64,000 nucleotides of DNA. Origin: Okamejei kenojei. Lineage: Eukaryota. The position numbers were made by a program, and so were the translations under genes. The stretch is taken from contig CM069155.1 of assembly GCA_035221665.1 (NCBI GenBank), positions 30,628,001 through 30,692,000 on the forward strand, given 5' to 3'. Positions 1 through 14,256 of the stretch are shown piece after piece. Within the stretch, counting starts at the first letter, position 1. Each line of letters opens with the position of its first letter. A model generated the notes under the pieces. That model ran no database searches. It had not been told where the DNA came from and saw only the letters and a list, made by a program, of their open reading frames with translations.

Positions 1-2418
1 ACCTATTTCCTAAGAGTCCTGTTATTTATGGTTATGAAAAGAACATTGGGCGATTAGTTGGAAAGATAGAACATGCATAAACAGGCAAAATTCTGGTTGG
101 AAAGTTGTAAAAACTGATGTGTCTCATAGATCAGTGCTGGAGCCCCAATTTCAAAAAATGCTAGAAAAAATGTTGGCTGTTGAATTTGCTAAAGACATGA
201 AGAACGAAACAAGACCAACGTGTATGTGGATAGTTCCAGTGAATGGGCAAAGGCCTGTTAAATGCGGGATGTGGGAACATGTAAAATGTCAATTTTTACA
301 GGGTAAGTGATATAAAAGAATGTTCTTTACAATATAGATACAAAAAGCTGGGGTAACGCAGCGGGACAGGCAGCATCTCTGGAGAGAAGGAATGGTTAAC
401 GTTTCGGGTCGAGGCCCTTCCTATTTACATTATGACAGTTTGCAGTGTTTTGAGATGCAGAATTATTTCGAGTTAATGGTGAAGATTCGCCACAGGTTAG
501 AAACAGGTACAACAACTACCTTGGAAAGGTCACAGTGTCAGCATCTAACGCCAAAAAAACCGAATACAAACGAGAGAGGGTCTTATTGCTTCAGTTATAC
601 TTCATCGCAGAATCGAGCAGACTGTTGAACTGTAAATGCCTTTGAAGCAATTCAGAAAATGATTACTCGTAGACCCATATCTTTAACGAGTGAGTTGTTT
701 TATGAAGAATTGCTCGACGGTTAGAAGCGTGAGAGGTGCTTTAATTGAAGCACAGGTGATTATGCGGGGTCTTAACAGCATGTGAAGGGAGAGGACAATT
801 CGTCTGGGGTAATCTAAAACTGAACGTCACCGGTTACACAAAAATAAATGCCCACTTCAAAAGTGAAGAAACAAAACACATCTCTCAGAATGTAGAAAGT
901 CTCCTCAATTACGTTTCTGAAAATGTGGCAGAAGCAGTCTTTATTATTTTTCAAAGGTAGAAATATTCCAAATAAACAAGGTGGGGTAGCGATATGATAC
1001 CAGAGGTGGATGGGACCGCAGATCAAAGGTTGCAATCAGGTTAGTCACCATTTTATTGTTTGGTGAATTAGCTTCAAGTGACCGAGTGCGGATGGGGAAC
1101 ATCATCTCCTCCCCATTGACCACCAACACAGTGCATCTCAAGGCCGCGTGATTTGCACCCTGTTCTACTTCCTTTACACACATGGAATGAAGCACAGCTC
1201 CAAAGTAATCTATTATCCACCCCCAACACCATTCTGTTTGGATAAATCACTGATGGTGCTGGTGTCACCATGGAGAAGAGAGATAGAACACTTGGTTGAG
1301 TGGTATCAGAACAACAACCTTTTGCTCCAAAGCAACAAGACCGAAGTGGTCGCTGACTTCAACCAAACTCCTTGGCAAATTTATAGATGTAAACCCTGGG
1401 GGTACTGAGAACTTCAGGTGCTGATATTAAAAAAAACCACAATGTGCTGGAGAAACTCAGCGGATCTCTAGAGAACATGGAAACCTGGGGATGGATGTAT
1501 CCTGTCTGTATCAAGGGCAAGTCCGTTGGCGCGGCTCTGTCAGACCTACTCACCCCAGTCCGGGCCCACGTTCAGGGTGTCCTTGCAGAAAGCTGGTATC
1601 AGTTGCCTGTGCAGATCTGAACAAATAAGCTTGGTGAGTGCGGACATGTGAATGGAGGATGTAGATGGCAAATGCACCTCATGCAGGTCTGAAGTAATGT
1701 CACTAATGGAAGTGGAGAATGATATTCATGTATATTTCGTGTTATTCTCCCCTGTCCAATGTGGAACACCATTATTGTCCATTCGTGACACAGAATAAGA
1801 CAGGCAAAACAAACATTAATATTCTTTGATTTAATGAATCACGCATCTTACCGTAGACTTTTTGATATCCAGCTCAATTGGAGATAACTGAATTCAATAT
1901 AAGTCTGTGATTTGGCGCTGATATCGGAGTTAAAGTAAATCTGAAATTAAAAGCTGGAATTGGTAACGCGAGCATGACGCTATTGGGTTGTAATTAAAAG
2001 TAATTTCAGTTACTTTAAGAAGGAAAAGTCTAAAATGTATCTGAACCCAGACCTACAATTACTCAGAATTTGCCGAACGGGTCCTTCAAATACAATAAAC
2101 TGTGTAATGGAGAAAGGCAACAATACATGCAAAGCAACCACTTTGCATTGACCAGAGCTTCGAGTTTTGGGCAAGTCATGGATAAAGTAAACCCAATCAA
2201 ATGTCCAAAATCCTGTTTGCTACTGTATTCATGTTTGTCGAAAAAAATTAAAGGCTCTCCCGGAGATATATAAGGTAACATTATTTTTATTCACATTCAG
2301 TATGCACGAACATTTTCGCCAATTATTTCATTCTCCTCTATCCCCATACTTAGTTGAGTTCTGTACCGACAGCAATATATTCACATCAACAATCATGATA
2401 GAATACCGGCTTACACGC

Positions 2419-2420
<2 letters not shown>

Positions 2421-2494
<74 letters not shown>
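2421..2494. repeat. (GA)n microsatellite
   Basis: Perfect GA dinucleotide run. The duplicate is at 20628-20708. Confidence 0.98.
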
Positions 2495-2498
<4 letters not shown>

Positions 2499-3173
2499 TA
2501 CTCAGCGTGCACTTCAAATTTAAATATGACAGGAGAATGAGCAAATGAATGATGGATGAAATCTATTACAGAGAAGTATGAGCTGGTATATTTTGCCTCG
2601 TGTATGGAAGGGGGGGGGGGCAATGTGCTTCATGGTGCGCAGGAACAGAGGGACTTTAGGTTCATGAGCACACATCTGCCAAAGTAGAAAGATATATCGC
2701 GAGAGTAGTGAGCAAAACCTGTGATATATGTTGGGTTGCAAAGAACATAGTATCGAGTAAGCGGACAGGTTAGCTGTCACGCTGGTTAGACCGTAATAGA
2801 ATCAGAAAACTGTGAACGGGGAATATTTTTATGCAGTGAAAGATTCCGCCAAATCGCTCCCTGCAAATGTGAAGAAATTGCAGATAAGGTTTCAAACCGA
2901 AATCACATCACTACGAACGAAGAGGCCTTCATTCAGACCTATTTCAACAAAGAAAGTGTGGAATCTAGATTCTGTTAAGTGTCTAGAATCTTTCAAAAGA
3001 AACATTGCGGTGCATGATTGTTTATTACAAAACAACTGGATCCCAAATATATCCTTCAAGGGGAAAATAATCAAATGATTGCTGTCTGGCCTATACGTGA
3101 GCTCAGACACAATATTGCGGTTGACCCATTTCAGAATAGGCGTGTCGACCTTCAGCACAGAAGTAAGGTACTG

Positions 3174-3190
3174 CACCGCCATCTACTGTT
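3174..3190 (-). promoter_or_regulatory. Candidate CTCF site
   Basis: Minus strand AACAGTAGATGGCGGTG resembles the CTCF core CCAG(C/T)AG(A/G)(G/T)GGCRC. Conserved at 21391-21407. Confidence 0.4.
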
Positions 3191-3434
3191 AAAATCGGAG
3201 ACTGCATCAGTATCTTCTGCCCACGCGGTCGATTTATATTACCTCCTTTACCCAGTGAGAGCTGCTTGTATGTTTTTTGTCCGAACACTTTTTTTAAGAC
3301 TATGTCACTATGAATTGCACTTACGAGGAAAAATATGTTGTGTTTGTTGCTCCAAGTGCAATCCAGCATTCAGTAAGTTCATTGCCTCCGTTCCTTTTAC
3401 TGTCATGTGTCAAAAGATAAAGCCGCTCCTCACT

Positions 3435-5704
3435 TAGTATAACCATATAACCATATAACAATTACAGCACGGAAACAGGCCCTCTCGGCCCTTCCAGTCC
3501 GTGCCGACCATTTGTTTTCCCCTAGTCCCATCTACCTGCACTCAGACCATACCCCTCCATTCCCTTCACGTCCATAATCCTATCCACTTTACTCTTAAAT
3601 GTTAAAATCGATCCTGCCTCCACCACTTCTGCTGGAAGCTGATTCCACACGGCCACCACCCTCTGAGTAAAGAAGTTCCCCCTCACGTTACCCCGAAACC
3701 TCTGTCCCTTAATTCTCATGTCATGCCCTCTTGTTTGAATCTTCCCTACCCTCAATGGGAAAAATGTATCCACGTCAACTCTGTCTATCCCTTTCATCAT
3801 TTTAAAGACCTCAATCAAGTCCCCCCTTAACCTTCTGCGCTCCAAAGAATAAAGACCTAACTTGTTCAACCTTTCTCTGTAACATAGTTGCTGGAACCCT
3901 GACAACATTCTAGTAAATCTCCTCTGTACTCTCTCTATTTTGTTGACATCCTTCCTATAACTAGGCGACCAAAATTGTACACCATACTCCAGAATTGGTC
4001 TTACCAATGCCTTGTACAATTTTAACATTACTTCCCTACTCCTATATTCAATGCTCTGATTTATAAAGGCCAGCACACCAAAGGCTTTCTTTACCACCCT
4101 ATCTACATGCGATTCCACCTTCAGGGAACTGTGCACAGTTATTCCTAGATCCCTCTGTTCCACAGCATTCCTCAATTCCCTACCATTTACCATGTACGTC
4201 CTATTTTGATTTGTCCTGCCAAGATGTAGCACTTCACACTTATCAGCATTAAACTCCATCTGCCATCTTTCAGCCCACTTTTCCAAATGGCCCAAATCTC
4301 TCTGTAGACTTTGAAAATCTACTTCATTATCAATTTCCCTAGTTACCGCTTCAAAAAATTCAAGAAGGTTTGTCAAACATGACCTTCCAGGCACAAATCC
4401 ATGTTGACTGTTCCTGATCAGACCCTGTTTATCCAGATGCTTATATATATTATCTCTAAGTATCCTTTCCATTAATTTGCCCACCACTGACGTCAAACTA
4501 ATAGGTCTATAATTGCTAGGTTTATTCTTTGAACCCTTTTTAAACAATGGAACAACATGCGCAGTACGCCAATCCTCCGGCACTATTCCCGTTTCTAATG
4601 ACATTTGAAATATTTCTGTCATAGCTCCTGCTATTTCTACAATAACTTCCCTCAATGTCCTAGGGAATATCCTGTCAGGACCTGGAGACTTATCCACTTT
4701 TATATTTTTCAAAAGTGTCAGTACTTCCTCCTCTTTGAATCTCATAGTTTCCATAGCTACTCTACTCTTTCCCCTTAACTCACCGAGTTCAATATCCTTC
4801 TCCTTGGTGAATACCGAAGAAAAGAAATTGTTCAATATCTCCCCCATCTCTTTTGGCTCTGTAGATAGCTGTCCATTCTGGTTCTCTAATGGTCCAATTT
4901 TATCCCTCGTTATCCTTTTGCTATTAATATAGCTGTAGAAACCCTTTGGGTTTACTTTCACCTTTCTTGCCAAAGCAACCTCATATCTTCTTTTAGCCTT
5001 CCTAATTTCTTTCTTAAGATTCTTTTTACATTCTTTATACTCCTCTAGCACCTCATTTACTCCATGCCTCCTATAATTATTGTAGATATCTCTCTTTTTT
5101 CGAAACGTGTCCAATTTCCCTTGAAAATCATGGCTCGTTCCAATTTTTACTATTTCCTTTCAACCTAACAGGGACATAAAGATTCTGTACTCTTACAATT
5201 TCCCCTTTAAATGTCCTCCATTTCTCTTCTACATCCTTCCCATGAAACAAAGTGTCCCAATTCACTCCTTTAAAATCCTTACGCATTCCCTCAAAGTTAG
5301 CCTTTCTCCAATCAAAAATCTCTACCCTAGGTCCAGTTCTGACTCTCTCCATAATTATATTGAAACTAATGGTATTGTGATCACTGGTCCCGAAGTGCTC
5401 ACCAACGCATACCTCCGTCACCTGACCTGCCTCATTTCCTGTCCAGCACTGCCCCTTCTCTGGTCGATACCTCTATGTACTGCTGCAAAAAACTATCCTG
5501 CACACATTTTACAAACTCCAAACCATCCAGCCCATTATGCCTTCCCCAAAAGAGGTCCCAGTGATCAAGAAACTTGAATCCCTGCCCACTGCACCAGTCC
5601 CTCAGCCACGCATTTATCCTCCACCTCATTTCATTCCTACTCCCACTGTCACGCGGCACAGGCAGTAATCCTGAAATCGTTACCCTTTTGGTCCTTCTAG
5701 TATA
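3435..5704 (-). mobile_element. CR1 LINE, 5'-truncated and multiply internally deleted
   Basis: ORF1 esterase-like piece (VTISGLLPVPR...INAWLRDWC), endonuclease piece (GEHFGTSDHN) and ORF2 motifs (KSPGPD, NYRPISLTS, QHGF, YGVQFWSP). Has an (ATATGGTT)n 3' tail and is flanked by TAGTATA at 3435-3441 and 5698-5704. Confidence 0.95.
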
Positions 5705-6711
5705 GCGGCAGGGACCACAGAAGATCGTCGAATGCAGCGCCACATCATGCAGGATGAAATTTTATTCGAAGCTACATCTTGGGTTGTTGTGAGCGGCCAG
5801 ACAACGTTATTTTACGATACAGAGATAAGTGCTCCTGCTCACCAACCCCCGCATTCCTCTGCCAACTGGGCTTCTTTTTGTTCAGGTCCCGATGATTTGT
5901 GCAGATCCGCTGTCAGCATGTATCACTTGGAATTATTCAGTATGGAAACAGCCGTTCGGCCCAACAAGTACCACCTGCCCGCGTTTGGCACGTACCCCTC
6001 TCAACCTTTCCTATCTTTGTACCTGTCGAAATGATTATTAAATGTTGTTATAGTACCTGTTTGAACTACCTCTTGTGGCAGCTCGTTCCATATACTCACC
6101 AATCTCTGTGCGAAAATGTTACCCCTCAGGTTCCTATTAAATCATTCATCTCTCACCTTAAACCTACGTCCGCTACTCTTTTACCCAGAGGTAAAAGCGG
6201 TTGTGAACTGCGATCCATCCACTTGTGATCATATAAGCATAGGAATTGTTCCCAATTATATTGTTGTTTACGAATGATCTGCATTCAAATAAATGCAATT
6301 TCGTAAACTTCCCAATAATTTATTTACGTAATATTATGTGAGAGTTGTACTACCATTTCTTCTGTGAAATTAAATCTAACGGGACATGAGAGATATTGCC
6401 CTCTGGGTTTTCTTCCGGAAGACGACCAAATTGCAGAACAAATGAGAATTTTCACGAGAGCTCTCAGGTTGTTACGCAGATTTATGAGTTGTAAATGCAG
6501 TGCATGATGGATATAACAACTGGTGAAATTTACTAAAGTACAGTAATGCAATTGAATATATATCACAGTAGCTTCCAGTCGAAGCACCTTTAAAAGATGT
6601 AGTTATATAATTTGATTCTCGCCTAATTTCATTGAAAACACCATTATTCATTTCAACAGATTAACTACCTCAAAAGGAGGAAATTTGTAATAAATAGCGA
6701 ATCATACAAAA

Positions 6712-7735
6712 GTGTCAGTCTCAATAACAATCAGCACAGGAGCACCTCAAGGCTGCGTGCTTAGCCCCCTGCTGTACTCACTCTATACTCATGATTGCGT
6801 AACCTGTCATAGTGCGAACTCCATCATCAAGTTCGCTGATGACACCACTGTTGCGGGACGTATCACTGATGGGGACGAGTCAGAGTATAGAAGTGAGATC
6901 GACTGACTGGCCAAATGCTGCCAGCACAATAACCTGGCCCTCAAGACACCAGCAAAACCAAGGAACTGATTGTGGACTTTGGAAGGGGTAGGATGGGGAC
7001 CCACAATCCCGTTTATATCAACGGATCGATGGTGGAAAGGGTCAAGAGCTTCAAATTCCTGGGTGTGCACATCTCTGAAGATCTCTCCTGGTCCAAGAAC
7101 ACCGATGCTATTACAAAGAAAGAAAGCACATCCGCAATCTTCCTGAGAAGATTACGGAGAGTCGGTATGTCAAGGAGGACTCCCTCTAACCTCCACAGGT
7201 GCACAGTAGAGAGCATGCTGACCAGTTGCATCGTGGCTTGGTTTGGCAACTTGAGTGCCCAGGGCCGAAAAAGACTACAAAAAATAGTAAACACTGCCCA
7301 GTCCATCATCGGCTCTGACCTCCCTACCATGGAGGCGATCCATCGCAGTTGCTGCCTCAAAAAGACTGGCAGCATCATCAAGGTCGCACATCAGCCTGGC
7401 CACACACTCATCTCCCCTCTATCTTCAGGTAGAAGGTACAGGACCCTGAAGACTGCAACGTCCAGGTTCAGAAACAGCTGCTTCCCCACAGCCACCAGGC
7501 TATTGAACTCAACTCAAACAAAACTCTAAACATTAATAGCCCATTATCTCTTTATTTGCACTTTATCTGTTTTATTTATTCATGTGTGTATATATTTATA
7601 CAATGGTGTATGGAAACACTGATCTGTTCTGTATTTATGCCTTCTATATTCTGTTGTGCTGAAGCAAAGCAAGAATTTAATTGTCCTATCTGGGACACAT
7701 GACAATAAACTCTCTTGCATCTTGAATCTTGAATC
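6712..7735 (+). mobile_element. Rex1/Babar-clade LINE, 3' portion
   Basis: RT motifs TGAPQGCVLSPLLYSLYTHDC and IIKFADDTT, plus FKFLGVHISEDLSW. Premature stop. AATAAA followed by a (TTGAATC)n tail. Confidence 0.9.
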
Positions 7736-9433
7736 ATGCACAAAGAATATATCAACTGGATAAAGCAGGAGGTCTCAAATTCTGGACCTAAAAGCATCCC
7801 TGGCTTTCACTATTTTTATTATTGGCGTCAGTCTTCCCCTGGCAAATCCCAAATCTCTGGAATTTCACCCCGACATATCTTCATCTCACTACTTTGTACT
7901 CCTCCTTGTAGCTGACCTCAAAAGCCATCTCTGTTGACTAAATTCTAGACCCCTGCTCTTTTTTATTACTTAGGAAGTGACATTTCCTTCTGCAACTGTT
8001 GCAGTTTTATACATATATTTCAAATTTATTTATTTTAATGGTCATTTAAAAATGTGGATTATTGGATCAGGTTACACCATAGAAACTCATTGGATTCAGC
8101 TTACACCATCTGACACCATTGGAAGTGGAACAATGTTAACATGGAAATTGTCCTTCATGTCTGGTCTGACCAACCTACTTCCACAAACTGCATTGTAATT
8201 CCACTGTACCAGAACCAACACAATCTCACCAAATACAGTCGGAACGCAGAAGAGCCTACCATTGATGTGAACAATAAAGCCATTGAAGAAAAAACTAAAC
8301 GCTGACCAGTATTTTCAAAATACCCGTCGCCCATCAAAAGCAAACGAAGCCTCGCGGGGGTAAGGGAAAATGGGGACAAAGCTTGGATATGTTCCACTTG
8401 CAACTGGGTGTAGGATATCAATGTTGATCATCGACAAATCATTTATTTTGCCCTTTCTGGTGAATGGGTCTGGTCTAGTTGTAGACCGCGAATTAATTCT
8501 GAGGTACCGACATGCATTAAGAAGACCACTATCACCTCGGTGGGAGAACTCATGCCTTAATGACTACCGTCTCGATGTCTTGACCGAATTGCTTCTAGAG
8601 CAACCAGATTGACTACCAAGCAGCCTTGATCTACAGCAGTTCTACAGCAGCACAACAGACTGCTGATGCCAGGATGAGACCACCTACATCAGACCTACAT
8701 AGAGCCCTGCTTTCAATACCATTACCCTAAGCAAGCTCATCTCCAACCTATTGGAACGGAGTCAGCACTTCGTGACCAATGGACCACAATCTGTGTGGAT
8801 AGGTGACCAATCAGCTACCCGAGCGAAATGTGTTGCTATTCCTCCAATGTGCGTGTACACTCACTCTGACAATGGAGGAGGCCCAGGCCAGAAAGGTCAG
8901 TGCAAAGGGAAGGGAGGGGGGTAAAGGGGCTAGCCACCGGGGGATCTAGTAGGCCTTCGCAAGTTCAGTTAAACGGCCGCCGAGTCTACGCTTGGTCTAG
9001 CCGATGTTCAGTAGCCCACATCCGGAACACCAGATCTAGGAGATAAGGTTAGAGAATGTGCATGTGCATCTCACTGCCGAGGTCGCTGGGTGGAGCTGAG
9101 GGTGACGGAATAAGGACAGATATTAAATCTCCCGCGGTTGCAGGGTAAGTTGGCTGGAGTGGGAGTGGCTTCAGTGGAAAGCGACGAATGAAACAAGGAG
9201 ATGCGGAGGGAATGGTCTCTGCGGAAGGTGGAAAAGGTTGGAGATTGGAAGATGTGTTTAGTGGTGGGATCACGTTGGGAGGTGACAAAAAAATGTTTGT
9301 GGAATTACTGCTCTGATCTGTCAGAGACTTTGTTTTATTCAACAAAGTCTAGTACAAGCTCTGGCATTGAATGGGTTGGGAGAAGGGTATGATGAGGTTG
9401 GACTGTAGAGCGACAGCCTGTTTCAAAATAATT

Positions 9434-9692
9434 AGTTTAGTTAAGTTTAGTAGAAAATAATAATTGAGATACAGCGCCGGGTCAGGCCCTTCGGCCCACC
9501 GAGTCCGCATCAACGAGCGATCCCCGCACATGCTTTGGAAACAACTTAGGAAACCGAATTTCACGGAGAAACCCCACGTAGGTCACGGGAAGAACCAATT
9601 CGGTACAGAGAAGCTCCAGGAGCCGGGATCGAACCGTGTCTCTGGCGCCGAGAGCGCTGTGCAACTCTACCGCTGCGCCACCGTGCCCGCCC
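9434..9692 (-). mobile_element. tRNA-derived SINE (elasmobranch HE1/V-SINE-like)
   Basis: Minus strand has A box TGGCGCAGCGG, B box GGTTCGATCCC, a CR1-like 3' end (gggccgaagggcctg) and a (CTAAA)n-like tail. Duplicate at ~27705-27971. Confidence 0.8.
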
Positions 9693-11552
9693 ATGAATTA
9701 GTATGGTGTGAATTGGAGGGACCAAGAATAGATCCCTGGGAGGTTCAGGGGTTGATGGGGAGGGGGCGGGGGCCGGGGAGGGGGCGGGGTCGCTGTTTTC
9801 GGAGCAAATCAGACAGTTCTGTCTTATTTTTGCAACTGAACTAGGAAGTGAAGAAACGGAGGATCATTTGAATCCAGTGGACGGAAGTGTTTAGTTTACT
9901 TCACTACAGCAAGGAAACAGGCCCTTCGGCTAATCTAGTCAACACCGACCAGCAATCTATCCAATTGGGACAATTAACAGAAGGCAATTTTACAAGGGGT
10001 TGTAAAACTATAAAATACGAGATTGTTAATTTTTTTTTAATCGTATTTTGTAAAATAATTATATCGTTGAAAAAGCTGATTCAAGAAAATGAAAATAGTA
10101 CATATTTAAGGATAAAACGCTACTTTTCTTTCTACTCTCAGTTTCTAATTTCGACTCTCCGTTTAATCAATGTTATGAGATTAATGTTATGTCGGACAAG
10201 AAGTGGATTGAAGAGTTAAATTCGATCAGAGAGGTGGTCATAATACTGGACAAATCCAGCAAACAAGACTTCGCCATTACACGCTACATGACTCGCCGCG
10301 TCAGGCAGCATCTGATTAGAATGGCGAGGCATCATTTCTGGTCGAGACCCTTCTGCAGACTCATTAGAACAGAAGGGAGAAAGCTGGAAAATAGATATGA
10401 GGTGTGATACAACCTGCCAAGTGATAGGCGGATACATGTGAGAGGGGGTTGATTAGCAGATGGGGATGGGGGGATTAATTGGCAAAGGCTGGGGGTGAAA
10501 AGGGAACAAAAAGTGAAATCAGCCACAAAATAAGTGGGAAAGGCAGTGAATGATAACCGTGGGGGAAGGGATGGGGTGAAAATAGACAGCACACGTCTCC
10601 AACCTATTATTTTACTTCTGGAAATTGACATGGTACTGGAAGGTCTCTCCAGATAGGACTTACCCACATCGCAAGCGGATTTCCCCAGCCACAATACATA
10701 ACTTTTCACAATTTATACCCCCTATTAAACATTTTTTTAATTCCCAGAGAAGAACATCCAAGCAGTTGCCATATCTCGAAAGCTGTTTATCCCATTTCTG
10801 GGAATCGCGAAGTAACTACTTTTACTTCGGTTAATTGTTGGTGCGAAGCCCCCCTTCAAAATGAGTCTAGCGCTCACCCCTACGAGCCCGAACTTTATTC
10901 CTCTCGTTAAACTGTTTAAATATATGACCACCTCTGCTGATTAATGTTGAGTTGGTATAGGAGTCCCCGGTAATGCCGCGGTTAACTAATTCGTCAAACC
11001 ACACTTTTCATCGCGTTTTTCATGGATTAAACTGATATCTTGTGATATTTTGTGCAGTAAGGTTGGACATATTTGGGTACTTTAAGCATATTAGCGCAAT
11101 GCCACGACTGCACTTCCGGATTTCTGGGATATCCAAAGTAGGAGACAAGGATTTGCACCTAATTTCTTCAATCTGGGGGTACTTGCAAACATCCCCTTCA
11201 GCTGTCCTAACACATGGGTCAACATCAATCATGAAAACGCAGTTTATTTGAAATATAACAAAGTTTCACAAAATGCCAGTTTATACTCCGGACATTATTG
11301 CTTTTATTCTATTGAAGGCAAGGACATTTGCACAGAAAATTACAACGATGCATCGTAAATAGAATAATCGGTTTTATTGCATTAAATGTTACATTATTGT
11401 TTTTGAGCTCACCGTAAAATACGGACAGCGCATTCAAGGCACCGAAATGCACATGTGCTGCGTTTGAACGAATAGTAAAGCGAACAGTCGATATCTGCAT
11501 ATTGGATTAATTTACAAAGAAATGTAGCAAATCGTGAATTTGATCCTTTAAA

Positions 11553-11875
11553 TTAGAGGCAACTGGATCTGGCGATATTGGCCTTAATCGGGGTTGTCTG
11601 GGTTTCGTGTTTAACCACACATGAATAAAGATCGTGTGAGTTCCAGTAGGCGGCTGGCAGAGTCAGGTAACTGCTCGCACTGAACGAGTTGTCCTTCTCC
11701 TGCTGGACCCGGCTGGTCGCAGCGCCATCACTTCTCGCACTGCCATCCACGGTCCACTCAATGTCCACAGCGCCCGGATTGAACCCGCTCACCAAACACA
11801 CCAGGGTGGCGGTACTTTTTGCGGAGACTTCATCCATTGATGGCGCCAGAATGGAAACGGTGGGGGTGCGCGGAC
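11553..11875 (-). CDS. Ig light chain (lambda-like/type II) constant exon, cluster 1
   Basis: C1-set domain PRTPTVSILAPS...ATLVCLVSGFNPG...WTVDG...YSCVVKHET...SSCL* with a penultimate inter-chain Cys. Acceptor tttccag|GT is phase 1, matching the J donor. AATAAA signals lie downstream (e.g. 11373-11378). Confidence 0.97.
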
Positions 11876-14256
11876 CTGGAAATAAGAATAGAAATAAATA
11901 CAAATGGATTATTTATCAGTTTACGTTAAGTCAGAATCGATACAGCTGGAATGACTCCAGACAAGATTTATGTCGACGGTGCCAGGTTTCGAACGGCTGA
12001 ACTATTGGCATCGATTGGATATGCAAGGATGTTAGTCCTTGGAGTGTAGAATACCTTCGGGTGATCGCATGGCGGTGTACAATATCGCGAGGGGGATACA
12101 TAGGGTTAGCGCACTGAGTATTTCCCCCATAGTAGGAGAATGGAGAACTAGAGTGCTTAAGTTCAGTGCAACACTTGGACTCAACATGCGTCGACTCCGT
12201 GGAATGTGTTCACCAGAGAAGTTGATGCGGCAGGTACAATAACACCATTTAAATGAACATTTGAATTAATACTTCGATAAAAAAGGTTCAAAGAGATATC
12301 GGCCTGGCATGCGCAAATGGGAAACTCGGTCGGATGAATTAGGTGGACTTAAAGTCTGTTCCACCGCTGCATAACTCCGTGGCTCGATGGCCGTGGACTG
12401 CACTGGCTTTACAATTACCGTTGATTTATAAACCTCATTTTATACAGCAGAATCATGATAAGTTATTTTCAGTGTGAATATCCGACGTTTGGTAAAACAT
12501 GTAGACTACGATTTTCTTCAGATCATGGAAACGGTCGGAAAAAAATGGAATTACAACTCATCCTTGCAGAATGAGCAGCATTTACAAATTAATGCTTGTT
12601 CAAATAGTAATTCAATTTTTTTCCCATGAATTGTCTTTAGAATGTTACTTATTAGTGAATATTCCACATCGTCCAGAAAGCCCATGATTCAATGATGGTG
12701 GCGGTCAGAAAAATGAAAGGTAAAACTAAAGAAATGTTTTGGTGTGATTCAAATTCTTTCTGACACGTATCCAGACAGCTCTGGGTTTAACATCCAACAT
12801 ATTCGAACTTTAAAAAACATTTCAACCTAATGCTGAATTTAAAGACGCTGTACTATTTCCTCCCAATCTTTCGATTCTGAGCAATTCAGCAATAACCTCG
12901 TATACTTGTGTGTCCATTTCTGCACTAATTTATCCGAAAAAAGCCAAAATCATGTCTCGCTCTTTTAAGCTTTTTGACATGTCGGTCAACCGTAAAAAAA
13001 AATCAACAATCAGAGGGATCATGTTTAACAGCATAATAAACAGTCTGCGTTTTCTGCTGTATCATACACTCGGTGACAATCGGAGAACCAGCATCAAAAT
13101 CCCTTGCAGGTTCTACAAGGTGGGTACAAAGAGTCTGACGACATAGCCGCACAAATGTGATCAGCTAAGGTAGCAATGGCGAGCTGAACGAGAAATGAAC
13201 CCGAATACGATTCTGCTCTTGTTTCTAATTTCGGAGCTGAATCAGACTTGCAACAATCCTCCACACTTTCGCGCAGAGAGAATTAAAATGGTTCCGTGCG
13301 AAGCGTTTAAATATTTGTTTTTTACCTTTTCCCTGACAATTAGTTTTAGCGCTGTTGTTGGGAGCGCATGTAAACCTGTCGAAACGCCACTTCACCCTCA
13401 TGGTATCATTAAAACGATCAGAAATCAACTTCACGCAATTTGCCCTATTTGCCCTAATGGGTATTTGCAATTTCAAAAATATCCCATTTAAATTCACCAA
13501 CCTCCCTTGCCAAATGTTTATTAACTTTCCTTTCGATGCTTGCAATGATTCTATTAGGCCCACTCTCAGAGTTGGTATTCTCAGTGTCCACAATATACCG
13601 TAAGCTAATAAAATCTCATAATTTTCCGAGCATTTTTTCAAGTAACAACAAGAGCTTTCGTTTGCATTACGCTTATATTGTAGCAAAATGGTCAATAGCA
13701 GCAGTCTCGAATGAAACCCGCCACTTGAGGATACATCAAATCAGAGAATCAGCATTTCGGGTTAAACGAGCAGGTTTCATGAATATCAGGGAAGAAAGGG
13801 GAAAATAGAGCTTCAGGAGATCATTCCAGAATTTAACAACTTTGATGCACAGCTGTCAGTGTGTGAAGACGTTAAATTCCAGGATGATCATGAAGCCACG
13901 GTTAGGTGAGCGCAGTTTTCTCGGAGTGTTGTAGGGATCGAGGTAAAGGATCATAAACACCAAGTTCACGTAGGAGAAACAAGTTGGTAACTTGAGTACA
14001 GCACAAAGAGCTGAAGTAATCCAGCGGATCAGACAGCATCTCTGGAGGACATAGAAAGACGATATTTCCGTTCGGGAAAGTCGCACAAAGAGACTTTGTT
14101 CCGACACGAAACATTGCCCAACCATACGTCTACCGCTGCTGGCTGACCCGTTGTGTTCTACTTAGGTTTATAGGATCTTTCTACCGAGGATTTATGTTGG
14201 AAAGCAAAACTTAACTTCAACGATTCGTTATTTCAAAACGTGAATATTTTACTTAC

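Noticed and set aside
2302-2623. ORFs with poly-RE / poly-SL tracts
   Set aside because: Translations of the (GA)n microsatellite, with no other coding signal.
3522-5114. 530-aa ORF as a host gene or active RT
   Set aside because: It is CR1 ORF2 missing the catalytic FADD region, and it is broken in the duplicate.
8140-8305. Short ORF MEIVLHVWSDQP…EEKTKR conserved in both units
   Set aside because: No recognisable domain. Conservation is explained by the recent duplication.
9842-9890. GGAAGTGAAG / CGGAAGTG as a PU.1-IRF 3' enhancer
   Set aside because: Imperfect short motifs that are expected by chance. Position is plausible but there is no further support.
11876-11903. N-terminal MYLFLFLF of the C-region ORF (also 30190-30217)
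   Set aside because: This is the intron polypyrimidine tract upstream of the splice acceptor.
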